Shown here one piece after another: positions 1-9,342 of a stretch of 64,000 nt of DNA. The DNA comes from a virus: positions 1 through 64,000 of the IMG/VR virus record IMGVR_UViG_3300020450_000017. One strand, given 5' to 3'. A model generated the notes under the pieces. The model had not been told where the DNA came from. It ran no database searches and saw nothing but the letters and a program-made list of their open reading frames with translations. A program made the position numbers and the translations under genes. Every line of letters starts with the position of its first letter. Within the stretch, counting starts at the first letter, position 1.

Positions 1-384
1 ACATTCCCTGGTCAGGGAGTAGTAGTATTTGGTCAAAAGACACTACAACAAGCTAGTAGCGCATTAGATAGAGTAAATGTACGCAGATTATTACTTGATG
101 TAAAAGATGTTATTAATGGATTTGCTCGTAATATAGTGTTTGAACAAAATACTGAAGCTACAAGAGAAACATTCGTTAAACAAGTAACTCCATATCTTGA
201 TAGCTTAGTACAAAGATCAGGATTATACGCTTTTAAAGTTAAAATGGACGGCGAATTAAATACTTCAGATATAATAGATGCAAATCAATTAGTAGGCCAA
301 GTATTCTTACAACCCACTAAAACAGCCGAATTTATACTACTTGACTTTATCTTAACTCCCACAGGTGCTTCATTTACCGACTAA
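1..384 (+). CDS. Tail sheath protein paralogue 1, C-terminal part (5' truncated by window)
   Basis: Frame open from base 1 (TFPGQGVVVFGQKTLQ...LDRVNVRRLL...QPTKTAEFI), the typical sheath C-terminal motifs; nearly identical to the end of the next gene. Confidence 0.92.
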   Translation, partial: TFPGQGVVVFGQKTLQQASSALDRVNVRRLLLDVKDVINGFARNIVFEQNTEATRETFVKQVTPYLDSLVQRSGLYAFKVKMDGELNTSDIIDANQLVGQVFLQPTKTAEFILLDFILTPTGASFTD

Positions 385-395
385 TATAAAATAAT

Positions 396-2429
396 ATGGC
401 AACAGAAACATTACTATCACCAGGTGTTCTTTTACAAGAAACTGATAGATCATTTACCCTTCAAGGTACCGATCCTTCAGGTATGGCAATTATTGGCCCT
501 ACACCTAGAGGCCCAGTAGAAATTCCTACTAATATAACTAATTATAATCAATTTAAAGAAGTTTACGGAACTGTATTAAGATCTGGCTCACAGGCTTATG
601 AATTATATACTAATCTAGCAGTTAGGAACTATTTTGATAATGGTGGTTCTTCTGCCCTTGTAGTAAGAGTTGCTCCTTCAGCGTCTTCTTTTTCAGCTGC
701 TTCAGGATCTGTAGTAAATAGTTTAGGATCTATTAGCTTTGCTGTTAATGAATTGAAAAATTCTATTACAACCCAACCTTCTGGTGCTGTAGACACATAT
801 GCGGGAGTAAGTTCCTCAGCAGTTACTAGTACTGGTACAGGAACCTCTGTTACAGCATCTATTGTTTTAGATACTGAAACAAATGTTAGTACTATAACAG
901 TAACAGGTCAAAACGGAACATTTGCTATAGGTGATGTAGTTACTTTCCCTTCACAGTCATTAGGAGGTACAGCAGGATCACAACAAGATTTAGTAGTTAC
1001 TTTAGTAAAAGACGATTTAGCAAATACAGCTTCAAATGCCTTTGAAATTAAATCCTTAGGACAAGGAGAATATTTAAACAGTGCTGGATCTGAAACAGCT
1101 GGTGGTATATTAACTAATGGTAATAAAGATAACATTAGATGGGAAATTACAGGAATAAATAAAAAATCTGGAACCTTTACCTTAGTAGTAAGAAGAGGTG
1201 ATGATAAAACTTCTAAACCTTTAATTTTAGAACAATTTACTAACTTATCTCTTGACCCACTAAATCCTAACTATATTGTTAAGGCTATTGGAGACCAAAA
1301 CCAAACTACTAATACCGTTAACGGAGTAACTTCTGTAATAATAAATGGTGAGTTTCCTAATAAATCAAAATATGTTAGAATCAGTCGAGTAGATACTCCT
1401 ACATACCGTTATCTAAATGCCGCTGGGTCACCTAGCACTGATGCAAATAATGTTACTTTTGAAAATTTAATCCCATTAGCACAAAGTGGCGCTCTTGCCG
1501 GAGGTGTAGGAAATAATTTCCCTCCCTTTGCAGCACTTTATGGATCATCATCAACAGCAACTAATATACAAGGTCTTGTAGCTACTGATTACACTAAAGC
1601 AATATCTATTCTTTCTAATAAAGAAGAATTTAAATTTAAAACTCTTATAGTCCCGGGCTTAAGCCAACAAAACCATAGTGGTACAGTAGATACTATTATA
1701 TCTAACACAGAAGTAAGAGGTGATAATCTATTCGTATTAGATTTAGTTGGGTATAATCAAAATGTAGCTACTGTTAAAGAAAAAGCAGAAGAATTAGACA
1801 CTTCATTTGCCACTTCTTATTATCCGTGGGTGCAAGTTGCAAGCCCTGAATTAGGTAAAACTTGTTGGGCACCCCCATCAACTGTAATACCTGGAGTATA
1901 CTCTCAAACAGATGCAATAGCTGCTCCATGGTTTGCTCCTGCTGGTTTAAATAGAGGTGGTTTAAGGAATGTTACTAAGGTTGAGACTAAATTAAGTAAA
2001 GCCCAAAGAGACGATTTATACGTGTCTAAAGTAAACCCACTAGCTACATTCCCTGGACAAGGTGTCGTAGTATTTGGTCAAAAGACACTACAACAAGCTA
2101 GCAGTGCATTAGATAGGGTAAACGTAAGACGTTTGCTACTTGATGTAAAGGATGTTATTAACGGATTTGCTAGCAATGTAGTGTTTGAACAAAATACTGA
2201 AGCTACAAGAGAAACATTCGTTAAACAAGTAACCCCTTACTTAGATAGTTTGGTGCAAAGATCAGGATTATACGCTTTTAAAGTTAAAATGGATGGTGAA
2301 TTAAACACATCTGATGTAATAGACAGTAACCAATTAGTAGGTCAAGTATTCTTACAACCTACTAAAACAGCCGAATTTATACTACTTGACTTTATTCTAA
2401 CACCAACTGGCACTTCTTTTACAGATTAA
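396..2429 (+). CDS. Contractile tail sheath protein paralogue 2 (gp18-like)
   Basis: N-terminal LSPGV...E.D.S; C-terminal PWFAPAGLNRG, NPLATFPGQG, GQKTLQ, LDRVNVRRLL, PTKTAEFI. Confidence 0.95.
   Translation: MATETLLSPGVLLQETDRSFTLQGTDPSGMAIIGPTPRGPVEIPTNITNYNQFKEVYGTVLRSGSQAYELYTNLAVRNYFDNGGSSALVVRVAPSASSFSAASGSVVNSLGSISFAVNELKNSITTQPSGAVDTYAGVSSSAVTSTGTGTSVTASIVLDTETNVSTITVTGQNGTFAIGDVVTFPSQSLGGTAGSQQDLVVTLVKDDLANTASNAFEIKSLGQGEYLNSAGSETAGGILTNGNKDNIRWEITGINKKSGTFTLVVRRGDDKTSKPLILEQFTNLSLDPLNPNYIVKAIGDQNQTTNTVNGVTSVIINGEFPNKSKYVRISRVDTPTYRYLNAAGSPSTDANNVTFENLIPLAQSGALAGGVGNNFPPFAALYGSSSTATNIQGLVATDYTKAISILSNKEEFKFKTLIVPGLSQQNHSGTVDTIISNTEVRGDNLFVLDLVGYNQNVATVKEKAEELDTSFATSYYPWVQVASPELGKTCWAPPSTVIPGVYSQTDAIAAPWFAPAGLNRGGLRNVTKVETKLSKAQRDDLYVSKVNPLATFPGQGVVVFGQKTLQQASSALDRVNVRRLLLDVKDVINGFASNVVFEQNTEATRETFVKQVTPYLDSLVQRSGLYAFKVKMDGELNTSDVIDSNQLVGQVFLQPTKTAEFILLDFILTPTGTSFTD
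2046..2429 (+). repeat. Diverged direct repeat of 1..384 (sheath C-terminal coding sequence)
   Basis: Colinear 384-nt match with mostly synonymous changes and a 55-nt identical run. Confidence 0.95.
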
Positions 2430-2473
2430 TATATGTATAATCAACAACAACAACAACATTAAAAATAAAAACT

Positions 2474-2977
2474 ATGGCAATCATTACGAATAACAACCCT
2501 GACCAAATAGGTATGTTTTATAAATCATACGAACCTAAAACTAAAAATAGATTCGTATTTGAAATTGAAGGCGTTCCTGCTTATTTAGTAAAAAAAGCAG
2601 ATAGACCCAAACCCCAATTTGAAGAAATTGTTCTCGATCATATTAATGTGAAAAGAAAATTAAAAGGCAAAGTTAATTGGCAAGATATAACTTGTGAATT
2701 ATATGATCCTATTAACCCTTCAGGTGCCCAATCTGTTATGAACTGGTTCAGATCCCACCATGAAGCCCTAACAGGTAGAGATGGTTATCAGGACTTCTAT
2801 AAAAGAGATATTAATTTTAAGTCTTTAGGTCCCGTTGGTGATGTTGTTGAGTTATGGGAAATTAAAGGGGCTTTCATTAAAGACCTTAACTTCCAGGATG
2901 CTGATTGGTCTACAGGTAATGCTGCCCAAACAATCCAAATGACTATGGCCATGGATTACTGCGTATTAAGATACTAA
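2474..2977 (+). CDS. Tail tube protein (gp19-like)
   Basis: Follows sheath; EPK..NRF, W.DIT..LYDPI.PS..Q.VM.W, GPVGDVVE.W..KGAF motifs. Confidence 0.9.
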   Translation: MAIITNNNPDQIGMFYKSYEPKTKNRFVFEIEGVPAYLVKKADRPKPQFEEIVLDHINVKRKLKGKVNWQDITCELYDPINPSGAQSVMNWFRSHHEALTGRDGYQDFYKRDINFKSLGPVGDVVELWEIKGAFIKDLNFQDADWSTGNAAQTIQMTMAMDYCVLRY

Positions 2978-3001
2978 TTTAATACTAATATATTTAAAAG
3001 A

Positions 3002-3030
3002 AGAAGCGCCTTTTGGCGCTTCTCTTTATT
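3002..3030 (+). terminator. Intrinsic terminator after tube gene
   Basis: AGAAGCGCC-TTTT-GGCGCTTCT hairpin followed by T-rich tract. Confidence 0.8.
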
Positions 3031-3070
3031 TATTCATATATGTATATGCAACAATAAATAAGTTATAAAA

Positions 3071-3832
3071 ATGGCTGAAAAAAAATTACAAACAGAAAAG
3101 GTTGCACTACCCTCAAAGGGTTTATTGTATCCTGAAGGTTCTCCCTTAAAAGACGGTACTATTGAAGTTAAGTATATGACCGCTAAAGAAGAGGACATTT
3201 TAACTAACCAAAGCTTTATTAAAACAGGTGTAGTAATAGATAAACTTTTAGAAGCACTTGTAGTATCACCCATTAGGTTTAATGATCTATTAATAGGTGA
3301 TAAAAATGCTATTTTAGTAGCTGCAAGAGTATATGGTTATGGTCCCCATTATGTATTTAATTACACTAATCCTAAAACTGGGGAAGATGAAGAAGTAATG
3401 ATTGATCTTTCTTTAGTAGAAGATAAAGAATTAAATGAATCACTAATACAAACTCCTAATACCAATGACTTTGTATTTGAATTACCAATATCAGGTAAAA
3501 AGATTAATTTTAAGTTTCTAACTCAGGGAGATGAAAATAATATCCAATTAGAACTTAAAAATTTAAGAAAAATGAAGCGTGAAGCAGAATTAACTACACG
3601 CTTAAAACACACCATTACAGCAGTTGATGGTGATACTGATGATAAAACCATTAGAGAATTTGTTGATACTGAATTACTTGCAGTTGATTCAAGAGCGTTA
3701 AGAAACTATATTAAGGATGTATCCCCTGATGTAGATCTTTCGTTTAACTTCGAAGGAGAGGACGGAACCGTTGTTCAAAATGTCCAAATTCCCATCGGAG
3801 TGAACTTCTTTTGGCCTGACCTCCAGGTATAA
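3071..3832 (+). CDS. Tail/baseplate hub assembly chaperone (T4 gp26-like)
   Basis: LPSKG..Y, MTAKEEDIL, GDKNAIL.AAR..GYG, C-terminal FFWP; lies between tube and tape measure. Confidence 0.8.
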   Translation: MAEKKLQTEKVALPSKGLLYPEGSPLKDGTIEVKYMTAKEEDILTNQSFIKTGVVIDKLLEALVVSPIRFNDLLIGDKNAILVAARVYGYGPHYVFNYTNPKTGEDEEVMIDLSLVEDKELNESLIQTPNTNDFVFELPISGKKINFKFLTQGDENNIQLELKNLRKMKREAELTTRLKHTITAVDGDTDDKTIREFVDTELLAVDSRALRNYIKDVSPDVDLSFNFEGEDGTVVQNVQIPIGVNFFWPDLQV

Positions 3833-3851
3833 ACCAGTAATATATGATGAG

Positions 3852-4106
3852 GTGTTCGACCTCGTCTATTGGGGACAGGGAGGATTTAGTTTCGAACAAG
3901 TTTGGAATATGCCGGTTTTTTTAAGACGTTACTATATTAATAAAATTAGTGATATCCATAAAAAGCAAGAAGATGCATCACAAGGTAAATCTGAAAGTGA
4001 AAAAATCCAAGATTCATTAAATAATTTAAATGTAGATTGGAATAATTTACCAGAAGCACCTATTACAAAACCGCAAGGAGACGAATCAGTAGATACGGAC
4101 TATTAA
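3852..4106 (+). CDS. Second tail assembly chaperone segment (T4 gp51-like); probably expressed as a frameshift fusion
   Basis: GGFSFEQVWNMPVFLRRYY motif; frame is open from 3804 and overlaps the upstream gene end; only a GTG start. Confidence 0.7.
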   Translation: MFDLVYWGQGGFSFEQVWNMPVFLRRYYINKISDIHKKQEDASQGKSESEKIQDSLNNLNVDWNNLPEAPITKPQGDESVDTDY

Positions 4107-4109
4107 ATT

Positions 4110-4143
4110 CAAGGCAGTGATTACCACTGCCTTGTATTTTTTT
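4110..4143 (+). terminator. Intrinsic terminator
   Basis: CAAGGCAGTG-ATTAC-CACTGCCTTG 10-bp stem then TATTTTTTT. Confidence 0.8.
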
Positions 4144-4144
4144 A

Positions 4145-4152
4145 TATTTATA
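4145..4152 (+). promoter_or_regulatory. TATTTATA putative late-promoter motif
   Basis: Recurs just upstream of structural-type genes (also 56783, 61233, 62004, 62890). Confidence 0.55.
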
Positions 4153-4170
4153 TAGGAATATTTCTATAAT

Positions 4171-7100
4171 ATGGCGACACCAGAAGAAACAAGAGCTTTA
4201 CAAGAACAAATCAATCGGCTTATACAAGAGTATTTACAGTATGAGCAGCAGATTGGTACAAGCCAAGAACTTAGAAATAAAAGAGAACAGGAATACCGTG
4301 ATGCTCTTGCGGCCGCTGGCAATAACCAGCAAAAATTAAACAATTTAACCAACGAATTAAACACTGAACTTTTAAAGTCACAACAATACGCGCAAGCATT
4401 AGGTGATGACTTTAATTACGTTAGAACTCAGTTAGATGATATTGTTGAAGATTTAGGAACTTCTGGTGACTTAGGTAGAAACGTATTAAAGAATTTTAGA
4501 GATATTAGAAATATTACAAGTCAGATTCGTGATGATAGGAATTTGACTAATGTAATGTCTTTAAAAGAATTAGAAAAAGCACGAGAAAAATTAGCAGTTG
4601 ATAAAGCTAATTTAGCTAATGAAGTAGAGAGGGGTTTAGCACAGGTTAACCTAAATAATCTAAGAGGAGAAGAAAAAACCCGAGCAGAAGAAATCGTAGA
4701 CAACCTTAACAGAGGTAAAGATATTAGTTCTGAAGATTTAGAATTTTTAAGAACTAAAGAAGGCATCTTTAGAGGTATGAGCGATCAAGATAAAGCTCGC
4801 TTAATGTCTGCTATTGATTTTAATAATGTTACCGGAGAAACGGGAGATAGGTTTGCTATTATAAATGCTGAATTAGAAAAATCTATAGAAAGAGAAAAAA
4901 CCCTAAATAAAACTATGGGTATTACTGGAGAATTAATCAAGGGATTAGGTAAAATTCCAGGATTATCTGCAGTATTTAAAGCAGAAGACATAGAAGCTGT
5001 AAAACAGGAATTAAGAGAATCTGGTGAAGAAGGTAATCGCACTCTTGCTATGAGTAAGATGTTACAAAAATCTTTTGGTAACCTTAAAGATGCCCTAACT
5101 GATCCTGCTACTATTTTTACTTTCCTAGTTACTAAAGGAATACAATTTAACTCTGAAGTTACTAATATATCTAAAGGATTAGGTGTAACTGAAACCCAAG
5201 CTACTAGAATTCGAAATGAATTTACTAGTATCTCAGCTAATACTATGGATACTGCTATTAATTCTGAAAGAATATTAACAGCCCAATCAGAATTAAATAA
5301 AGAATTAAGTTTAGGGGTTCAATTTAGTGGTGATACACTTGTCAATTTTGTAAGATTATCAGAAAAAATTGGTTTATCAGCGCAACAAGCTGCTAAATTA
5401 ACTTTAGCAAGTGCTTCAACTGGTGAAAGTGCTACTGAATTTGCGGGTAAATCAGCACTAGCTGCTGCGGAACAAGCAAAAACACTGGGTATTACCGTCA
5501 ATATGAAAGAAATCATGGCGGATACTGCCGATTTAACTAATGAACAATTAATTTTATTCGGTAGGCAACCAGAAGCTATTGGTAAAACACTAGCTGAAGT
5601 CAAAAAATTAGGTATAGAATTAGGCGATTTAAACGCTATATCCAATAAACTCCTTGATTTCCAGGGTAGTATTGAATCAGAACTTCAAGCCGAATTACTC
5701 ACAGGTAAACAACTAAATCTCGAACGAGCTAGGGCGGCTGCGTTAGCAGGAGATCAGGCAACATTAGCTAAAGAAATAGCTAGCCAAGTAGGTACTATAA
5801 GTGAATTTGAAAGTATGAATGTCTTACAAAGACAAAAGCTTGCTGAGGCACTTGGTATGAATGTTGACCAATTAAGTGGTGTTTTAATTAGACAAGAAGC
5901 AATTAACCAAGGAATTGCTGGAGCTAAAGATTTAACTGACGAACAGTTAACAGCTGCAAAACAAATGGCTGATAGCCAAAATATATCATTAGCAGAAGCA
6001 GTTGTTAAAATACAAGAACAAAGAAGCGCCCAGGATAAATTCAACGATGCCGTTATGAAACTCCAAAGATTATTTGGAGAATTATTAGGTGGTCCTGTTG
6101 GCGAATTATTAGATGCTATAGTAGACGTAGCTTCAGTAATTATAGGACCTGTAGCTGCAGCTTTAAACTTTATATTAACTCCAGTTAAGATGTTTACTAC
6201 ACTCTTAACCAAAGTACCTAATATATTAAAAGTTATAGCAGCCGGTCTTATTGCACTTAATTTTACTAGCATATCAGCTACAGTAGGTGGTATAGTAGAT
6301 AAATTTAAAGGTTTAGGAGAATCTGTTACTAACTTTGGTAAAAAGATAATGGATACCTTTAGTGGAAGTGGAGAAGGAGTTAAAGGATTCTTTGATAAAA
6401 TTAGAGCAGGCTTTACAGGTGCCCAAGATCAGGCATCTGGTATAGTATTTGATCCTCGAATGGCTGGGGGAGGCAGATTCCGAGATACTGCTACAGGTAG
6501 AATGGTAAGTGAAGAAGCAGCTAATGCTGCGGGAGTATTTAAACCAGGAGCAGTTCCTACAGGTGCCCCTAATTTAGCCGAAGGTGCTGGTGATGTAGCA
6601 GATATCCCTACGGTAGCAGATGATGGTTCTATGCTTAAAGAAAAAATGAAAAATATAGCTGAGGGCCTTAAAGCCTTTGCTAGTATGGAAGTAGTAAAAG
6701 GCGGTTTAGCTTTATTAGTAGCATCACCTGGATTATTTGTTTTAAGTAAGTCTGTAGAAGGTTTAAGTAAAATTGCCCAAATTAAAGGTGAAGAATTTAA
6801 AGCTGCTATGGAAGGTATAGCAGGAGGTATTAAAGAATTTGGATCTGGATCTATATTACTTGGTTCGGCAGGTTTATTAATTGCTAGTCCTGGTTTATTA
6901 GCATTAGCAGTAGCATCACCTGGTTTAGCTTTATTAGGAGCTACGGGACCTGCTATTGAAGGTGGGTTAAAAGCCGTATCTAGGGGTATTGGTGCATTTG
7001 GTGAAAATCTGGTTAATATTTTGAAAGGAGCACTTGCCCTTACTGCTTTAGCAATTCCTATTGCGGCTGCTGCTGCTGCCTTTAGTTTATTAGAAGGGGT

Positions 7101-7935
7101 TGACCCAGGAGCTATAATAGCATTTAGTGTTTCTTTAGGAATTTTAGGAGCAGCCGCTGCTATTTTAGGTGGTATGCTTCCTGTTGTAGCTTTAGGTGCA
7201 TTAGCATTAACTACTTTAGCTATCCCTATAGCAGCTACTGCGTTAGCGTTTAGTTTATTAGAAGGCATAGACCCAGCTACAATGTTAGGGTTTGCAGCTG
7301 CATTAGGAGTTTTAGGATTAACAGCTGCAGGATTTGGTCTTTTTGCTCCTCTTATAGTTGCTGGCTCTGTAGCAATAGCAGCTTTAGGAATAGCATTATT
7401 ACCTTTATCTATCGCGGGTGAGGGGATTTCAATGTTAGCAGATGGATTTGTAAAAGTAGCAGAATCTATTCAATTATTAGACATAGGTAAAGTAGCAGCT
7501 TTAGCACTTTCTATTGTAGGTCTTACTGCCTCATTAGCGGGATTAATGCTTTTAGGCCCTGCTGGACTAGCAGCTTTAACAGTAGTAGGAGGAATAGCTG
7601 CAGTTGGGGTAGCAACAGCTACAACAGGAGGTGGTGGTGACCCAGGAGTAACAACAGCTTCTCCTGGGGTGGTAGCTCCTATAGCAGGAGCAGGTACACA
7701 AGCTGGTGCTGCTGCTGCTGAAGAAGAAACTAATACTGAAGTATTTATGGCTAACATAGAACCATTAGTTGCATCTACTGTAGAAACTACTATAAGGGCT
7801 TTAGTTCCACAAATGGTAGCAGCATTAAAAGAAGGCCAAGGTAATGTTAGGGTTGTTAATGATAACTTTGCTTCTTCTGGTCCTGGTGGTGATATTAATA
7901 CATTAAGAAGATTACCTTCTGAAAACTTTGGATAA
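4171..7935 (+). CDS. Tape measure protein
   Basis: 1254 aa; helical N-terminus, LLDF.GSIE.EL.AELLTGK.LNLERAR motif, Ala/Gly-rich hydrophobic repeats; follows chaperones. Confidence 0.88.
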   Translation: MATPEETRALQEQINRLIQEYLQYEQQIGTSQELRNKREQEYRDALAAAGNNQQKLNNLTNELNTELLKSQQYAQALGDDFNYVRTQLDDIVEDLGTSGDLGRNVLKNFRDIRNITSQIRDDRNLTNVMSLKELEKAREKLAVDKANLANEVERGLAQVNLNNLRGEEKTRAEEIVDNLNRGKDISSEDLEFLRTKEGIFRGMSDQDKARLMSAIDFNNVTGETGDRFAIINAELEKSIEREKTLNKTMGITGELIKGLGKIPGLSAVFKAEDIEAVKQELRESGEEGNRTLAMSKMLQKSFGNLKDALTDPATIFTFLVTKGIQFNSEVTNISKGLGVTETQATRIRNEFTSISANTMDTAINSERILTAQSELNKELSLGVQFSGDTLVNFVRLSEKIGLSAQQAAKLTLASASTGESATEFAGKSALAAAEQAKTLGITVNMKEIMADTADLTNEQLILFGRQPEAIGKTLAEVKKLGIELGDLNAISNKLLDFQGSIESELQAELLTGKQLNLERARAAALAGDQATLAKEIASQVGTISEFESMNVLQRQKLAEALGMNVDQLSGVLIRQEAINQGIAGAKDLTDEQLTAAKQMADSQNISLAEAVVKIQEQRSAQDKFNDAVMKLQRLFGELLGGPVGELLDAIVDVASVIIGPVAAALNFILTPVKMFTTLLTKVPNILKVIAAGLIALNFTSISATVGGIVDKFKGLGESVTNFGKKIMDTFSGSGEGVKGFFDKIRAGFTGAQDQASGIVFDPRMAGGGRFRDTATGRMVSEEAANAAGVFKPGAVPTGAPNLAEGAGDVADIPTVADDGSMLKEKMKNIAEGLKAFASMEVVKGGLALLVASPGLFVLSKSVEGLSKIAQIKGEEFKAAMEGIAGGIKEFGSGSILLGSAGLLIASPGLLALAVASPGLALLGATGPAIEGGLKAVSRGIGAFGENLVNILKGALALTALAIPIAAAAAAFSLLEGVDPGAIIAFSVSLGILGAAAAILGGMLPVVALGALALTTLAIPIAATALAFSLLEGIDPATMLGFAAALGVLGLTAAGFGLFAPLIVAGSVAIAALGIALLPLSIAGEGISMLADGFVKVAESIQLLDIGKVAALALSIVGLTASLAGLMLLGPAGLAALTVVGGIAAVGVATATTGGGGDPGVTTASPGVVAPIAGAGTQAGAAAAEEETNTEVFMANIEPLVASTVETTIRALVPQMVAALKEGQGNVRVVNDNFASSGPGGDINTLRRLPSENFG

Positions 7936-9029
7936 TGGGATTAATTAAAAGATATAACGAAGAAGAATTTAGGCAAAAAGTTAGAATTAATCAAGCTGCT
8001 CCCCTTGAAAAATACGATAACTTAAATACGGATAAAGATCTAGATTATAGAAATAATAATCTTCAAATACCTTTTTTTAAAACCGAAGATAGCTTAAATA
8101 AAAAATTTGGTATAGGTAATGTAGGAAGTCCTTTTGAGCAAATAGAAAAAGATGGGCAAATAGATTATGAAGTAGTAAATGTAGGGGCTATTGATAATGT
8201 TAACGCATATGCTATTCAACAATATAAAGAACTTAATAGTATAGAAGACATCCCTACAGATTTTATTAAATTTAGAATTTCTGTAGTTGATACTGTAGAC
8301 CCATCAAAAATAGATTTAATAGTATTTAGAGCCTACTTAGATGATTTAAACGACGACTATACAGGTGCTTATAATAGCTACAAATATAATGGTAGGGCAG
8401 AAAAGTTTTATACTTACAATGAATTTGAAAGAAAAATTAATTTTAGTTTTAAAATAGCAGCTCATACTAGACAAGAATTACTTCCACTATATCAAAAACT
8501 AAATTATTTAGTAGCACAAACTTCACCAGAATATTCTCCCCAAAGAAGAATTAGACCTAAATTTAGTAGATTAACAATAGGTGATTGGTGTGATGATATT
8601 CCAGGATTTTTTACTAATGTAAGTTTAAAATGGTCATCTAAATACCCATGGGAAATAAATTTAGAAGATTCTATAACGCAACACCCACATGCTTTAGATG
8701 TAAGTTGTGCATTTATTCCGATTCATAATTTTGTTCCTGAAAATAAGATTACTACACCATATATTATCCCTAATGTACAAACTAAACCGGAATCCGCGGC
8801 GGATGAAATAGTTGAAACTAATATAGGACCACAACCGAAAACAGCAGTATTGCCCCCACCTATACAATTTGATCCTATCATAGCAGAAAGAGATAATACC
8901 CAAGTAAATTTACCTGGTTTACAACCCCCTACAGTAGCATTAGATCCAAGTCTTTTACCCCAGGGCAATAATATAGGAACAAATACAGGTACTGGTACAT
9001 ATTTACCCGGTTCATTTTTAGGAGATTAA
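7935..9029 (+). CDS. Baseplate/tube-initiator protein (gp48/gp54-like)
   Basis: FRAY...D, Y.GRAE.FY.Y..FERKI.F.F, RLTIGD, PWEI; follows tape measure. Confidence 0.65.
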   Translation: MGLIKRYNEEEFRQKVRINQAAPLEKYDNLNTDKDLDYRNNNLQIPFFKTEDSLNKKFGIGNVGSPFEQIEKDGQIDYEVVNVGAIDNVNAYAIQQYKELNSIEDIPTDFIKFRISVVDTVDPSKIDLIVFRAYLDDLNDDYTGAYNSYKYNGRAEKFYTYNEFERKINFSFKIAAHTRQELLPLYQKLNYLVAQTSPEYSPQRRIRPKFSRLTIGDWCDDIPGFFTNVSLKWSSKYPWEINLEDSITQHPHALDVSCAFIPIHNFVPENKITTPYIIPNVQTKPESAADEIVETNIGPQPKTAVLPPPIQFDPIIAERDNTQVNLPGLQPPTVALDPSLLPQGNNIGTNTGTGTYLPGSFLGD

Positions 9030-9033
9030 TAAT

Positions 9034-9342
9034 ATGAATAGATATAATAATTTAAATATTAAAAAAACATTTCAGGGTAAAAAATATTTTAATAATCCCA
9101 TTTATCCTAATATACCTGAAAGTTTAGACGATATATATGTTGAAACTGAGTTTGGGGATAGAACAGATATTTTAGCACATCAGTTTTATAATGATCCCTC
9201 TTTATGGTGGGTAATAACAATAGCTAATCCTAATAAATTAAGAAGAGATAGTTATGTATGTAAAGAAGGATTACAAATAAGAATACCCTTAAACCCTGAA
9301 CCTATAATAAGAGCTTATAATAGACTTAATTCTAATAGATGA
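9034..9342 (+). CDS. Baseplate wedge LysM-like protein (gp53-like)
   Basis: GDRTDILAHQFYNDPSLWWVITIAN...GLQIRIP. Confidence 0.8.
   Translation: MNRYNNLNIKKTFQGKKYFNNPIYPNIPESLDDIYVETEFGDRTDILAHQFYNDPSLWWVITIANPNKLRRDSYVCKEGLQIRIPLNPEPIIRAYNRLNSNR

Noticed and set aside
1-384. Assembly duplication as explanation for the sheath repeat
   Set aside because: Copies differ at many synonymous sites and five residues, unlike a collapsed or duplicated contig; a strain chimera is not fully excluded
2442-2458. (CAA)5 run before the tube gene
   Set aside because: Probably just an unstructured A-rich leader; too short to call a functional repeat
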